Below are positions 1 through 9,283 of a stretch of 64,000 nucleotides of DNA, piece by piece; positions within the stretch are counted from its first letter, which is position 1; each line of letters starts with the position of its first letter. Position numbers and translations under genes: made by a program. Below the pieces are notes generated by a model. That model worked only from the letters and a program-made list of their open reading frames with translations, was not told the origin of the DNA and did no database searches. The stretch is from IMG/VR virus record IMGVR_UViG_3300005663_001084, positions 88,929-152,928 of that record; one strand, 5' to 3'. Source of the DNA: a virus.

Positions 1-687
1 CACGTAGTCCCAGTCCAGGCCCTCTACAAGAGCGCCCAGTGACCCGTAGCTGTCGAGGGTCACTTCAAGGTAATCGGCCGGATCATCATACGGCTCAAAG
101 TCTTCCTCGCCTGCCATCTGCTCGTTCTCTTCTTCCATCAGCGTTTCGGCGAGAATCATCAGTGACGGCAGCATGCCTGCGCGGGCGGCTTGGGCGATCT
201 CGGAGGTGTCGGGGCCTTTAGGAGCACCCTGGTTGTAAGGAGAAGGGCCACCACCATGCAGAACGTAGCGGTCGTACTCACTCCACGCAGCCTCGATGGC
301 TTCCTTGGTCAGCGAATCCAAACTAACCATGAGGTCGATTTCTTCCGCTTCACGTACGCGAGTGGCTGCCCACTCCTTGGGGTCGCCGATGGCGTGGCCG
401 CTCAGCCACTCTTCGTAGACCACCAGGATCTGCCGGGCGAGGGACTCGGCCAGGGGGTAAGCGATGGCTTCGAGACGTTCCAGCATGCGCTCACGACGCT
501 GGGGCACGCCCTCGAAGGGCTTCGTACGAAGCATACTGTACTTGTACTCAAGCTCGTAGAGGGCTTCGAGGTTCTCGCCGATCTCCTCGTCGTCGGCCTG
601 GAACCCGATCAGATCTTCCCAGCCCATCTCCAGCAGCAGGCGGGGGTCGAGGACTTCGAGCACGGTTTCTTGTAGGGCCGTGGTCAT
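1..687 (-). CDS. hypothetical protein, partial; ATG at 687 (overlaps the upstream stop as ATGA) and the ORF runs off the window start
   Basis: Minus-strand translation from 687 reads MTTALQETVLEVLDPRLLLEMGWEDL... uninterrupted to position 1. Not in the ORF track because no stop lies in the window. The plus ORF 190..675 is antisense to it. Confidence 0.5.
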   Translation of the reverse strand, partial: MTTALQETVLEVLDPRLLLEMGWEDLIGFQADDEEIGENLEALYELEYKYSMLRTKPFEGVPQRRERMLERLEAIAYPLAESLARQILVVYEEWLSGHAIGDPKEWAATRVREAEEIDLMVSLDSLTKEAIEAAWSEYDRYVLHGGGPSPYNQGAPKGPDTSEIAQAARAGMLPSLMILAETLMEEENEQMAGEEDFEPYDDPADYLEVTLDSYGSLGALVEGLDWDYV

Positions 688-1424
688 AGCTGCGGCTCTC
701 CACCACCGACCACCATACCTGGGGACAGGCCCGCAGGCTGACGATCCTTCTGCTTGATCTGGTTGGCATTGATGTGTGGGTTCAGCATGTCGTGGATGTC
801 GGCTTCGTAGGTGCTCTGCTTCGGGATGAACTCCTCGATCCATATAAAGTCTTCGTCAGGCACGCTCTCTTCCGGATCGTATTCGGCTTCCTCCTGAAGG
901 AAGCCGTCGATGCGGTGCTTGGCATCGTCATCGAAACGCCCCATCTGGAAGTTAGTGCCCTGCACGCGAATCCAGTTCTCCTCCATCATCATGTACTCGC
1001 GTGCGTCGCCGCTGTTATCCTCGAACCATTTGACCGCCGTAGGGTTTGCCCCGGCACTCATCAGGATCACGGCCTCGACGTCAGTCAGCCTACCCGGCTG
1101 GATTTCTTGAGCCACCTCGCGGAAATACCGCTCAGCATCCAGAGGGCGGATCTCGTTCGCCTCACCCTGCATGCCCAGGTCGTAAGCAAGCTCCGCTAGC
1201 TTCTTGGGGTCTTGCTTGATGGCGTCCAGAATTTCTTCCGGGTCGAGTTCGCCGTACAGGTACTCAAAATTAACACCCAAAGCAGACTCGAATGCAATGG
1301 ACTCGTGGTTCTGGTCTCCGACGTCCCCGTCTGCGAACGTGGCGTTGCCACCCTCCTCGATCCACCACTCCCCGTAGATGTGACCCTCGAACAATATGCG
1401 GGTGACTGTGCTGGTGACCGACAT
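684..1424 (-). CDS. acidic hypothetical protein
   Basis: 246 aa ORF with protein-like composition; ATGA overlap with the downstream gene. Confidence 0.5.
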   Translation of the reverse strand: MSVTSTVTRILFEGHIYGEWWIEEGGNATFADGDVGDQNHESIAFESALGVNFEYLYGELDPEEILDAIKQDPKKLAELAYDLGMQGEANEIRPLDAERYFREVAQEIQPGRLTDVEAVILMSAGANPTAVKWFEDNSGDAREYMMMEENWIRVQGTNFQMGRFDDDAKHRIDGFLQEEAEYDPEESVPDEDFIWIEEFIPKQSTYEADIHDMLNPHINANQIKQKDRQPAGLSPGMVVGGGEPQL

Positions 1425-2332
1425 CAGTCCGGTGCCCCCACGAGCACGCCCAGTCTGCGGCGCAGCAGTTCGATCTCTTCGGGTGTGTCGATGCTGTCCT
1501 CAGCACCGAAGCGTCCACGGATGTCACGCAGCGCACTGTACAGCGCCATGTAGTTGTACCGTTCGAGCAGCTTCTGGATGACGTTGGCGGGCAGGTTGTT
1601 CCGGCTGCCGTACTGCGCGACCTCGTCCGGCGTCAGGTTGGCACCGAACGCATCCTGGCGAGCCTGCTTGATGCTCCGACCCAGGTCAATCAGGTGGCCG
1701 ACCTCGTTGTCGATCTCACCCAGCTTGGCGACGATGCTGTCAGCCAGGGCGCTGACCTCTGAGTCGCTGAGCGACTGGTAGATCAGGAAGTCGGCAACGT
1801 CCCGCGACAGTTCACCCATGCTCAGGTCGAACTCCCGCGCGGCGATCAGGAAGCCGGGCATGTAGTGCTCGATGTCGACGGCGATGTCGTACGGACCCTT
1901 GACCCAGGCCTCGTTGGTCACGTCGTAGATCCCGTCGGCCCGGTCCTCGTTGTACTCGCCACGGTGTGGGAAGATCTCGATGGGGTGGTCTGTGCCCTTG
2001 AGATCCTCGCCTTCGTACGTCTCGCGGATCAGGTCGAAGATGTCGTACCAGCTATCGTCATCGATATCCTCGTCGATGATCAGCAGCAGGTCCGCGTCCG
2101 ACCAGGGAAGCCACTGCTTCGACAGGATGCTGCCCTTGATGTACACGCCGTAGACCGGAGTGATGTTCTCGTTGACTTCAGCGGCGATGTTCTCAAGCTG
2201 GCGCTGGTGCTCCGGCCGCAGGACGAACTCGCCCTCCTCGGCCTCGATGAACACGTCCGGGTCCAGGCCCTCGCGGGTCGGGTCGATGGACGCCTCGGTC
2301 AGGACTCGGTGCATGGTATGGCGGGGGTCCAC
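1424..2332 (-). CDS. minimal nucleotidyltransferase (Pol-beta superfamily) domain protein
   Basis: IKGSILSKQWLPWSDADLLLIIDEDID matches the GS-x(9-13)-DxD nucleotidyltransferase signature. About 300 aa. Confidence 0.55.
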   Translation of the reverse strand: MDPRHTMHRVLTEASIDPTREGLDPDVFIEAEEGEFVLRPEHQRQLENIAAEVNENITPVYGVYIKGSILSKQWLPWSDADLLLIIDEDIDDDSWYDIFDLIRETYEGEDLKGTDHPIEIFPHRGEYNEDRADGIYDVTNEAWVKGPYDIAVDIEHYMPGFLIAAREFDLSMGELSRDVADFLIYQSLSDSEVSALADSIVAKLGEIDNEVGHLIDLGRSIKQARQDAFGANLTPDEVAQYGSRNNLPANVIQKLLERYNYMALYSALRDIRGRFGAEDSIDTPEEIELLRRRLGVLVGAPD

Positions 2333-2449
2333 TATATACCTTCCTAGCAGAGACCCGCTCTCCCGGGACCACAGCAGCCGGGGGTAGAATGGGTCGGATG
2401 CCTCTGTGTTCGTCGCTCACAGAGCATTACAGGCGCACTGCGGGGCATC

Positions 2450-4057
2450 TCAGACCCCAGGGCCTCCTGGCTCAGCCTGCTCGACCAGCAGGCCGTAGAC
2501 GCTATACTGGGCCGGAGTCAGGTTCTCCATGCCCGGGAAGAACTGCTGACCCGCCGCTTTCTCGCGGGCCTTCTGCCCCTGGGCCTCGCGCTCGCGGCGC
2601 TCCTCCGGACTCTCGATGCTTAGCGTTACTCTCAGCTTTGCCCAGTCGATGCCCTCGATGATCTTGTCCAGGTTGATTCCGTAGCTGTCGCCGTCAAACT
2701 CCCAGAACACCGATGTGGTTTCCATGGTGTTCTGGAGAAGTTCCCACAGGTCGCCGCCGTCCATATCGTCGATAGCCTCCTCCCAGTCCTCGCCGGGAGC
2801 ACCCTCCAGTTCTTCATAAGCCTCGACGTATTTCTTTAGTTGGCTCTTGAAATCGTCTTCGTAGTAGCCTTCCCAGGCTGAATCGATAAGCTCTACCTCC
2901 GCGTTGGCATAGTCAGCGTCGTCGTAGATTTCATAGCTGCCCAAATCCAGGATGGCTTGCCACATGTCGTCGTCGTCAACGTCGAGGTCGATCCGAACGT
3001 ATTCGTACTCTCCTCGGTCTGATACGTTCACACCAAAGCTGCTTCCGTAGTCTTTCATAAAGCCACGGATGTTTCCCAGAACCCTTGGGTCGTTGATGTT
3101 GCCGCCGAGCCCAGGCGGATCGACCGTGCCACCTACGTTGATACTGTCGGTGCTATAGCCCTGGCTATCGCGAAGATCCGCGCCCTCCATCTCAGCGACC
3201 TGACGAGCGAGCGCGCTCACGCCGCCACCCGTGACCGCCGTATCCACGTACTCTTCGTAGGCTTCCTGCTGATCCTCGTTCCCAGGCTCGGGGGCCATCA
3301 TCCCGAGGACCTCGTCACGTATCTCTCCGCCAAGTTCGCCCCACGCGATGTCGTGATCGTTGACGTCGAGGACCTCGCCGTAGTCGTGCGTGTACTGCGC
3401 GAAGGGCTTCCACTTTTCTACCTGTCCGCCGGGCTCGTAGACCAGACTGCTGACGTAGATCACGTACAGCGGGCCACGGGATGTGTAGCTGCCTGCGTGG
3501 TGAGATCCGCGCGTGCACCACTCCGTGCCCTTGCCGTGGAACATACAGGCTTCGGGCGTCTCGACCCGGACGATCTTCCATTCGCCGTCTTTGCTGACGC
3601 GGATGACCTTGGAGCCTGGGACGTTGAGCGGGTCGGCCTTCCGGCGCTTCATTGAGCGGCGAGAGACCAGCGCCTCAGCGGGGATGTTTTGCATCTCGCT
3701 GTGGAGATCCAGCACAGTCGCGTACTTGTTGATGTCGCCTTCGTCGCCCCGCAGGTAACCGGTCTTCTTGGCCCTGTCGAAAATCGACAGGGCGTTCTGT
3801 ATCTTAGCGCGGTAGTTTACGTCGGCTGGGGTTGGTACCAGCCTCGGGATAGGTGCCTCTCTTCTGACTGCCTCGCTCTTCCACTGCTTCAGAATCCAGG
3901 TGCCATACTTGAAGTTTGGAGTCGGGTCAGAGTCCCGCGCCCAAGCCTCGATTTGCTCCGGCGTCTGGCCAAGGCGCTGGGCCACCGAATCGATCTGAGC
4001 CTGCTGAACCTCGTCCAGTTGCAGTGCGGTCAGGACTGTCTCGAAGATGTTAATCAC
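2450..4057 (-). CDS. hypothetical protein, paralog A of a tandem pair (conserved N-terminal domain of about 230 aa, acidic C-terminal half)
   Basis: Shares DPTPN[FM]KYGTW[IL]LKQW, KADP[LM][NL]VPGS and TP[ED]A[CA]MFHG[KR]GT.WCTR blocks with the downstream gene. Confidence 0.6.
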   Translation of the reverse strand: MINIFETVLTALQLDEVQQAQIDSVAQRLGQTPEQIEAWARDSDPTPNFKYGTWILKQWKSEAVRREAPIPRLVPTPADVNYRAKIQNALSIFDRAKKTGYLRGDEGDINKYATVLDLHSEMQNIPAEALVSRRSMKRRKADPLNVPGSKVIRVSKDGEWKIVRVETPEACMFHGKGTEWCTRGSHHAGSYTSRGPLYVIYVSSLVYEPGGQVEKWKPFAQYTHDYGEVLDVNDHDIAWGELGGEIRDEVLGMMAPEPGNEDQQEAYEEYVDTAVTGGGVSALARQVAEMEGADLRDSQGYSTDSINVGGTVDPPGLGGNINDPRVLGNIRGFMKDYGSSFGVNVSDRGEYEYVRIDLDVDDDDMWQAILDLGSYEIYDDADYANAEVELIDSAWEGYYEDDFKSQLKKYVEAYEELEGAPGEDWEEAIDDMDGGDLWELLQNTMETTSVFWEFDGDSYGINLDKIIEGIDWAKLRVTLSIESPEERREREAQGQKAREKAAGQQFFPGMENLTPAQYSVYGLLVEQAEPGGPGV

Positions 4058-5172
4058 GCTACGAGTATCCTGTAGACATCGGCCTTCAAAGACTCACGCG
4101 GGAGCGTACCACTGAACGGGAGTGTTTGCTGCTGGTGCTGGGCAGCCCACTCGCGGCGGCGCGGGTCAAACGCAAAACGTACAGCCTCCCGGTCTGTCGC
4201 CGCCACCGCGTCCTCGATGTCCACGTCAACGTCCCAGTTATCCCCGTACCAAGTTGTAGTGATTTCGCTGCCCGCCGCGTCGTCGAACAGACCCCAGAGT
4301 CGTCCGTTGCTGACCAACTCCTCGATCTCATCTTCGAGGTCCGGGAACTTCTCGATCAGGCCGTCCCTATACTCGTCCTTAATCCACTCGTCCCAGGCTT
4401 CTTCGATGGCACCTTCGGACGCCTTGGCCCACTCCACGTACGTGCTGCTGTTGCCCGTGGTCTCAGCCGCCTTCTCGAAGAGAACCTGGACTTCGTGCGG
4501 AAGCTGGTCGTAGGCCATTTCGTTGTGGTTCGAGTCCTGTACCTCTCGGTAGTCCGATGTCGCTTGGTAGACAGCTTCGGTACGTTCTGGCGACCACACG
4601 TAGTGCACGACGATCAACGGGTTGTCCTCGCTGGCGTAGTGGCAGGCCTGATTGCGGGCGCGTGTACACCACGGTGTACCTCGACCATGGAACATTGCCG
4701 CGTCCGGCGTGGTGACTATGTAAGCTCGGTACTTCCCTTCCTGAGCCACGAACTCAGAGCCGGGCACCAACATCGGGTCTGCCTTGCCCTTCCTTAACTG
4801 GCGGCGGCTGAGGATCGCGCCCTCGGGAACTTCCTGGAGGGCACCCCAGGCCTCTCTCCAGCTTTTGTAATCGAAGAGGTTCGGTTTGACCTCCCAATCT
4901 CCAGCCGTCTTGAGCGTGACGAGCCGAGCGTGGACGCCAAGCAGTTCGCTGATGTCGCTACGGATGTTTTCGTCCTGGAGCCTCATCGGGTCCTGATGCG
5001 AGAGCCACTGCTTCAGCAGCCACGTGCCATACTTCATGTTGGGCGTGGGGTCGGCGTCGCGGACGATGGCCTCGACCTCGTCGGGCGAGATCTCGAAGCG
5101 CCGCGCGGCCCGGTTCAACTGAGCCTGCTGCACTTCCTGGAGAAGGTCGAGGGTATCCTGGAAGACATCCAT
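4054..5172 (-). CDS. hypothetical protein, paralog B of the tandem pair
   Basis: N-terminal 230 aa can be aligned to 2450..4057; its stop overlaps that gene's start. Confidence 0.6.
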   Translation of the reverse strand: MDVFQDTLDLLQEVQQAQLNRAARRFEISPDEVEAIVRDADPTPNMKYGTWLLKQWLSHQDPMRLQDENIRSDISELLGVHARLVTLKTAGDWEVKPNLFDYKSWREAWGALQEVPEGAILSRRQLRKGKADPMLVPGSEFVAQEGKYRAYIVTTPDAAMFHGRGTPWCTRARNQACHYASEDNPLIVVHYVWSPERTEAVYQATSDYREVQDSNHNEMAYDQLPHEVQVLFEKAAETTGNSSTYVEWAKASEGAIEEAWDEWIKDEYRDGLIEKFPDLEDEIEELVSNGRLWGLFDDAAGSEITTTWYGDNWDVDVDIEDAVAATDREAVRFAFDPRRREWAAQHQQQTLPFSGTLPRESLKADVYRILVA

Positions 5173-5344
5173 GCTGCCCCTGTTATACCGCAGGCTGCCT
5201 GTACGTGTCCATATGGTGCTCCCGAGCGGAGCAAGGTGGGAATCTGGGGTAGGTTAGGTGGTGCGGATCGCCCGGTTGCTTAGGCCGGAGGTGGGTGGTT
5301 GGTGAGGCGGGTCTGTACAGTCTACCTATCGGCTGCACCTTGCG

Positions 5345-5668
5345 TCAACTTGAGTCTTTTTCTTCCTGGTGCCGCAAAATCATGCCCGTGCCCCGGCAGT
5401 GCGAGCATGGGTGGTCCTTGAGCAGCTTCAGGACGTCGCCGACTCTGCCGGTGGCTTTCAAAACTTGGCCCTCGATATCGAGACCGGTACCGTCGCACTG
5501 CTCGCACTCGTTGGGGTCCGGCTCGCGGCCGTAGCCCGCCTCGGCCAGGATGTCGGCAATCTCGTCGCAGGTATCGGAGTCCCAGTTGCTGTCGTCACCC
5601 TCGCGGCCAGACGGCCAGAGGATTTTGCAGACCTTCTTGATCACATCGTCGGAGGATAGTTCAGACAT
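5345..5668 (-). CDS. small DnaJ-type (CxxCxGxG) zinc-finger protein
   Basis: CEQCDGTG and CSHCRGTG repeats. Start moved to the internal Met, which overlaps the upstream stop as TGATG. Confidence 0.5.
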   Translation of the reverse strand: MSELSSDDVIKKVCKILWPSGREGDDSNWDSDTCDEIADILAEAGYGREPDPNECEQCDGTGLDIEGQVLKATGRVGDVLKLLKDHPCSHCRGTGMILRHQEEKDSS

Positions 5669-6741
5669 CACGAGAGCCTTTGGAATGGATTGAACCCGTA
5701 CTTGTCCCATAGAGTTATATCATATTCCCGCTCGACCGTCTCGGGTTCGATGGCCAGTCCAAAGATCTCGTTGGCGTTCGAGAAGGTTGTCCTCAAAATC
5801 AGGTCCTCGGAAGCGCCTCGCTCTCGCAGGATCTCAATGCCGCGTGGCCAGAAGGGCAGTGCTGGAATGCCGGACGGTGGGGTGCTGGAGTCCTTGGCCT
5901 CGACCGGATGCGGCGCGTGGTCGGTGCCGATGACGTCGATCTTACCGTCCAAGTACTGGTTGAGCAGTTCCTCCTGGGACGCTGGACTGCGCAGTGGTGG
6001 GTTCATCTTGACCCGGTTTCCGTGGATGGCATAGTCGTCCCAGTTCAGCAGCAGATGGTGGAACGTCCCCTCGATGACAACCTTGTACGGCGGCTTCTCG
6101 TGATGCCTGTACCAGTCAGCGAAGTTGACCGTCTTCGGTGAGCTTGCGTGCGCGATGTAAAACGTGCCTGCGAACCCAGCCTCATGCGCCCACTTCAACT
6201 GCTTCACGATCTGGATAATCTCGGCGTTCTCATGCTGATGCGTTGAATGAGACAGGGGCTCGTCCGGATCGAACTTACCCTGGAAGGCGCTCTCCATCTC
6301 AAAGTGCCCGATGACCGGACCGGTAAAGCCAATCATGGCAATGGTCCGCCAGAGCCACTGCTGATAGGCCCCGTTCAAGATACCCATGTCGCCTGTGCTG
6401 TGGACGAAGAAGATCTTGATGGCGGTGTCCGCAGCCTTCGCGTACAGGATCGCGGCGACGGCCTGCTCGTAGTCCGTGGTCAGCCCGATGTGGCACTTGT
6501 GGCTCACATCTCCCGAGATCGTGCCCTCGTCGTATAGGTGGCGCGAGAGCTTGTAGAATTTCACGCGACGCTCTGCGATGATGTGCCCCTTCACCAACCA
6601 TGGCTTGGGGTTCGGCTGCTCCAGCAGGTACGCGACACCGGCCGCGTCAGCATCCTCGATGGCCCACTGCATGAACGAATGGTCCGGATACTCCAGGCCG
6701 CGCAGGTGCACATGTGGATCGATGGGGGTAACGTATTCCAT
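5668..6741 (-). CDS. pyrC: dihydroorotase-like cyclic amidohydrolase
   Basis: IDPHVHLR (HxH metal site) and GTDHAPHPVEAK (dihydroorotase signature 2). Start set at MEYVTP because the track's MGRRNL is really the SD GGTAGGAGG. Confidence 0.65.
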   Translation of the reverse strand: MEYVTPIDPHVHLRGLEYPDHSFMQWAIEDADAAGVAYLLEQPNPKPWLVKGHIIAERRVKFYKLSRHLYDEGTISGDVSHKCHIGLTTDYEQAVAAILYAKAADTAIKIFFVHSTGDMGILNGAYQQWLWRTIAMIGFTGPVIGHFEMESAFQGKFDPDEPLSHSTHQHENAEIIQIVKQLKWAHEAGFAGTFYIAHASSPKTVNFADWYRHHEKPPYKVVIEGTFHHLLLNWDDYAIHGNRVKMNPPLRSPASQEELLNQYLDGKIDVIGTDHAPHPVEAKDSSTPPSGIPALPFWPRGIEILRERGASEDLILRTTFSNANEIFGLAIEPETVEREYDITLWDKYGFNPFQRLS

Positions 6742-6760
6742 GAGATTCCTCCTACCCATG

Positions 6761-6789
6761 TTATCGGATTGGAGGGGCTATTTCGGCAG
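6761..6789 (-). promoter_or_regulatory. conserved promoter-like element
   Basis: TTATCGGATTGGAGGGGCTATTTCGGCAG, about 20 nt upstream of the pyrC-like start. Confidence 0.55.
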
Positions 6790-6869
6790 AAGAATTTTAG
6801 TCGGTCATGCCCGTCAAGTTCTTAGACGGGTCCTCCACAACGTACCACGTCGGGGGCCGCGCGACCGTG

Positions 6870-7751
6870 CTATTCGTCGCCCAATCCGTTATCCGCTGGG
6901 TCCGGATCTGTAGCATCGGGTTCGAGGGCGGGACCTGGGTCGTCCCCGGGATCGCTCTCGGGATCGGGGATGACTGGGATCGCTTCTTTCGTCGCGGATG
7001 GTTCCGTTTCTTTGTCTTCCCCTCCTGGTACATCATCTTTTTGAAGTCCATCGTCGCTGTCTCCCAGGTCTAACGGCGGTGCGCTGCCCAAGTCCAGAGG
7101 CTGTACCTCGTGGGTCTCCGGCGGCTCGTCGCCGGGGTGCATGATCTGTGTGCCCTCCGGACCCTTGCGATCCGGAATGCCGTACTCGTTGGCCTCGGTC
7201 TCGTCCATCGGGTGGACCATATCGGTGAACCATTCCTGGATACGGCGCATCATCTCAGGTGGCTCGACGGCCTCGAACTCCATTTCGAGGTCCATCATCT
7301 TCCGGTTCTTGCGGCCGTCTTTGCCTTCAGCCTGCGGCCCGAACTTCACGCGGATGGAAGCGCGCTCGACAGTCTTCATACCCTTGTCGTACTGATGCTT
7401 CTTGACGCTGGCGGCCTCCAGGCTGACAGACATGCGGACCTTGAGCCGCTTCAGTTGCAGTGTGGATGGCGGGACCAGAGCGATGAGCGGGATGTCGATG
7501 ACGCGGCCCGACGGCATCCGGAGCCGCTTCTCGATGGGCTCACCGGACTCTTCATCGAAGTAGTGGTTGAGGACGTTTACGAAGTGCTGGCCGAGGATGT
7601 CCTGAGTGGACTGCGCAACGTGCTGCATGCCACGGGCGAGGTCCGCCAACCCGTGTACACCGGGTGGGTTTTCCTCGCCCGCGTCGGCAGCGGCCTTGGA
7701 ATCGCCGCCGCCATTGTCATCGTCTTTCTTACTCCAGGGCCACCAGGACAT
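6870..7751 (-). CDS. hypothetical protein (family-2 paralog) with D/P/E-rich low-complexity C-terminus
   Basis: The core RVIDIPLIALVPPSTLQLKRLKVRMSVSLE can be aligned to the next gene. Confidence 0.5.
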   Translation of the reverse strand: MSWWPWSKKDDDNGGGDSKAAADAGEENPPGVHGLADLARGMQHVAQSTQDILGQHFVNVLNHYFDEESGEPIEKRLRMPSGRVIDIPLIALVPPSTLQLKRLKVRMSVSLEAASVKKHQYDKGMKTVERASIRVKFGPQAEGKDGRKNRKMMDLEMEFEAVEPPEMMRRIQEWFTDMVHPMDETEANEYGIPDRKGPEGTQIMHPGDEPPETHEVQPLDLGSAPPLDLGDSDDGLQKDDVPGGEDKETEPSATKEAIPVIPDPESDPGDDPGPALEPDATDPDPADNGLGDE

Positions 7752-7754
7752 AAG

Positions 7755-8360
7755 CTACTCGGTCACGCCGCCTCCGTCACCAACGGTCAGCTTCGGCGCT
7801 TTGTCTTTGTCGATGGGCTGGGTCACATCGCGGATGATCGCCTCGGTCACGCGGGCCAGCGCTTCGGGCATCGGCTGCCGGTTGGCCTCGACATGGAAGC
7901 TGTACTTGGCGCGGGTGTCTGTCTTTCGAGTCTGCTCCCGGTGATGGCTGATGCTGCCGGTCGCCTTCACGCCCCACGGTCCGAAGCCGTACTTGACGCC
8001 GACCTCCAGCTTGGAATCGGTTGCCGACTTGGTCTCTTCGACGTTGTTGATATCGATCTCGAAGTCCACCTCCACCTTGTCGACGCCGAATGCAGGCATG
8101 GGCAGCACGGCGAACAGCGGCATGTCGATTACACGGTTGAGCGTCTTGCCCGTGGCCTCACCGTCGTCTGAACGCTCAGCCTGCTGGTAACCGAAGCGAA
8201 CGATCCTCGCGTTGCCGTCCTCGTCCAGGCAGACCTTGTCGAAGAACGTGGCGAAGGCCGCGCATGCGACCTCGTGCGCCTCGATGGCGGCGACGATGGG
8301 CGTGGCCACCATCTTGTGGATAGGTAGCGCGTTGATCTGACCCGAGACGGGGTTGGCCAT
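7755..8360 (-). CDS. hypothetical protein (family-2 paralog)
   Basis: RVIDMPLFAVLPMPAFGVDKVEVDFEIDI block is shared with 6870..7751. Confidence 0.5.
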   Translation of the reverse strand: MANPVSGQINALPIHKMVATPIVAAIEAHEVACAAFATFFDKVCLDEDGNARIVRFGYQQAERSDDGEATGKTLNRVIDMPLFAVLPMPAFGVDKVEVDFEIDINNVEETKSATDSKLEVGVKYGFGPWGVKATGSISHHREQTRKTDTRAKYSFHVEANRQPMPEALARVTEAIIRDVTQPIDKDKAPKLTVGDGGGVTE

Positions 8361-8393
8361 GTCATTCTCCTGGATGTGAGTTCAGACCTGTCT

Positions 8394-8948
8394 CTACGTA
8401 GCCGACATGGGATAGGCACCGGCCTGTTCCAAGTCGTCCACGTTCTTGAACTGCATGAACTCGTGGTAACTTATGGTGGCTTCGTGGCGCTGCCCCAGGG
8501 CGTCGCCGCTGGAGTACGTGCGCAGTACGAAAGGATCGTCGGGTGTGCTCTCTGGAGGGTAGGTGTGTTCATAGAACCGTTGGAGCGGCTTGAGCAGACT
8601 GAAGATGGCGGAGGTGCGGCCCTCCACTCCGTTCAGATCCAGCATCCGGACCCAACCATACAGGATAGCGTAGCGGACCCAGCCTTCGGTGGTCTTGAAA
8701 TCGGCCGCGTTGAGCCCCAGCTTCTGCCACTGGGCCATGCTGACGTGCGGGCCGAGCAGGTCCGGGTCCACGTCCATGCGCATCGCGTAGCGGCTCCGGA
8801 TCGTATCGCCATGGCTGGCAGGTGACTCGATGAAGTTGCCCTCGTCGCTCATCCAGCCGTGCAGCGTTCCGCGCTGCTCCAGCAGATCCAGTACCGTGAC
8901 CTGAACATCCATGGCGCTAAGAGTACCGCAGGGTTGAGTTTGGATCAA
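8394..8948 (-). CDS. hypothetical protein
   Basis: 184 aa ORF with 4-nt overlap coupling. Confidence 0.45.
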   Translation of the reverse strand: MIQTQPCGTLSAMDVQVTVLDLLEQRGTLHGWMSDEGNFIESPASHGDTIRSRYAMRMDVDPDLLGPHVSMAQWQKLGLNAADFKTTEGWVRYAILYGWVRMLDLNGVEGRTSAIFSLLKPLQRFYEHTYPPESTPDDPFVLRTYSSGDALGQRHEATISYHEFMQFKNVDDLEQAGAYPMSAT

Positions 8949-9283
8949 TCACTTTCGCCGCCGGGGAGTAGTCCGGCGTACGGTGGCTCGCTGCCCGGCT
9001 GATCCAGCCAAGCCTTCTCGACCTGCATCAGTGCAGCAATGTCAGCACTGTTCATCGTCCGCAGGTAGAAGGTGCCCACCCGGAAGACGTTGCCGTCCGG
9101 CGTGGCGAAGCGAACCTGCTTACCGTGGTAGCCCGCCTTGACTTCAGAGTCGCCGATGATCTCTACGATGCGGCCGGGCTGCTGGTCAAAGGGCTGTTGA
9201 GTCCCGTCAGGCATGGCCACGACGGAGGCAGGCAGGAAGACAGGTTGCTTACAGTACGGCTCATCGATCATCTTCCGGAGCAT
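8945..9283 (-). CDS. hypothetical protein
   Basis: 112 aa; the 5'UTR carries a GGACAGGACA element just before the ATG. Confidence 0.45.
   Translation of the reverse strand: MLRKMIDEPYCKQPVFLPASVVAMPDGTQQPFDQQPGRIVEIIGDSEVKAGYHGKQVRFATPDGNVFRVGTFYLRTMNSADIAALMQVEKAWLDQPGSEPPYAGLLPGGESD

Noticed and set aside
190-675. Plus-strand 161-aa ORF at the window start
   Set aside because: The minus strand here is an uninterrupted, protein-like continuation of a gene starting at 687 (ATGA-coupled to the upstream gene).
2332-2450. Promoter-motif-like sequence CCACTATATACC upstream of the nucleotidyltransferase gene
   Set aside because: Matches only the TATAT core; the GGCTATTT half is absent.
6797-7051. 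84-aa minus-strand ORF
   Set aside because: Sits entirely inside the low-complexity acidic tail region of 6870..7751 in another frame; Lys/Arg/Pro-rich junk-like sequence.
7110-8171. 353-aa plus-strand ORF, and other plus ORFs longer than 250 aa (10205..11047, 17452..18369, 18790..19596, 19862..20749, 24569..25639, 26978..27847, 27730..28785, 34816..35913, 36297..37193, 41597..42406, 42349..43146, 45085..46617, 49693..51108, 57528..58904, 59187..60719)
   Set aside because: All overlap better-supported minus-strand genes (motifs, SD sites, stop-start coupling, promoter orientation). Their composition is typical of antisense-of-GC-rich ORFs.
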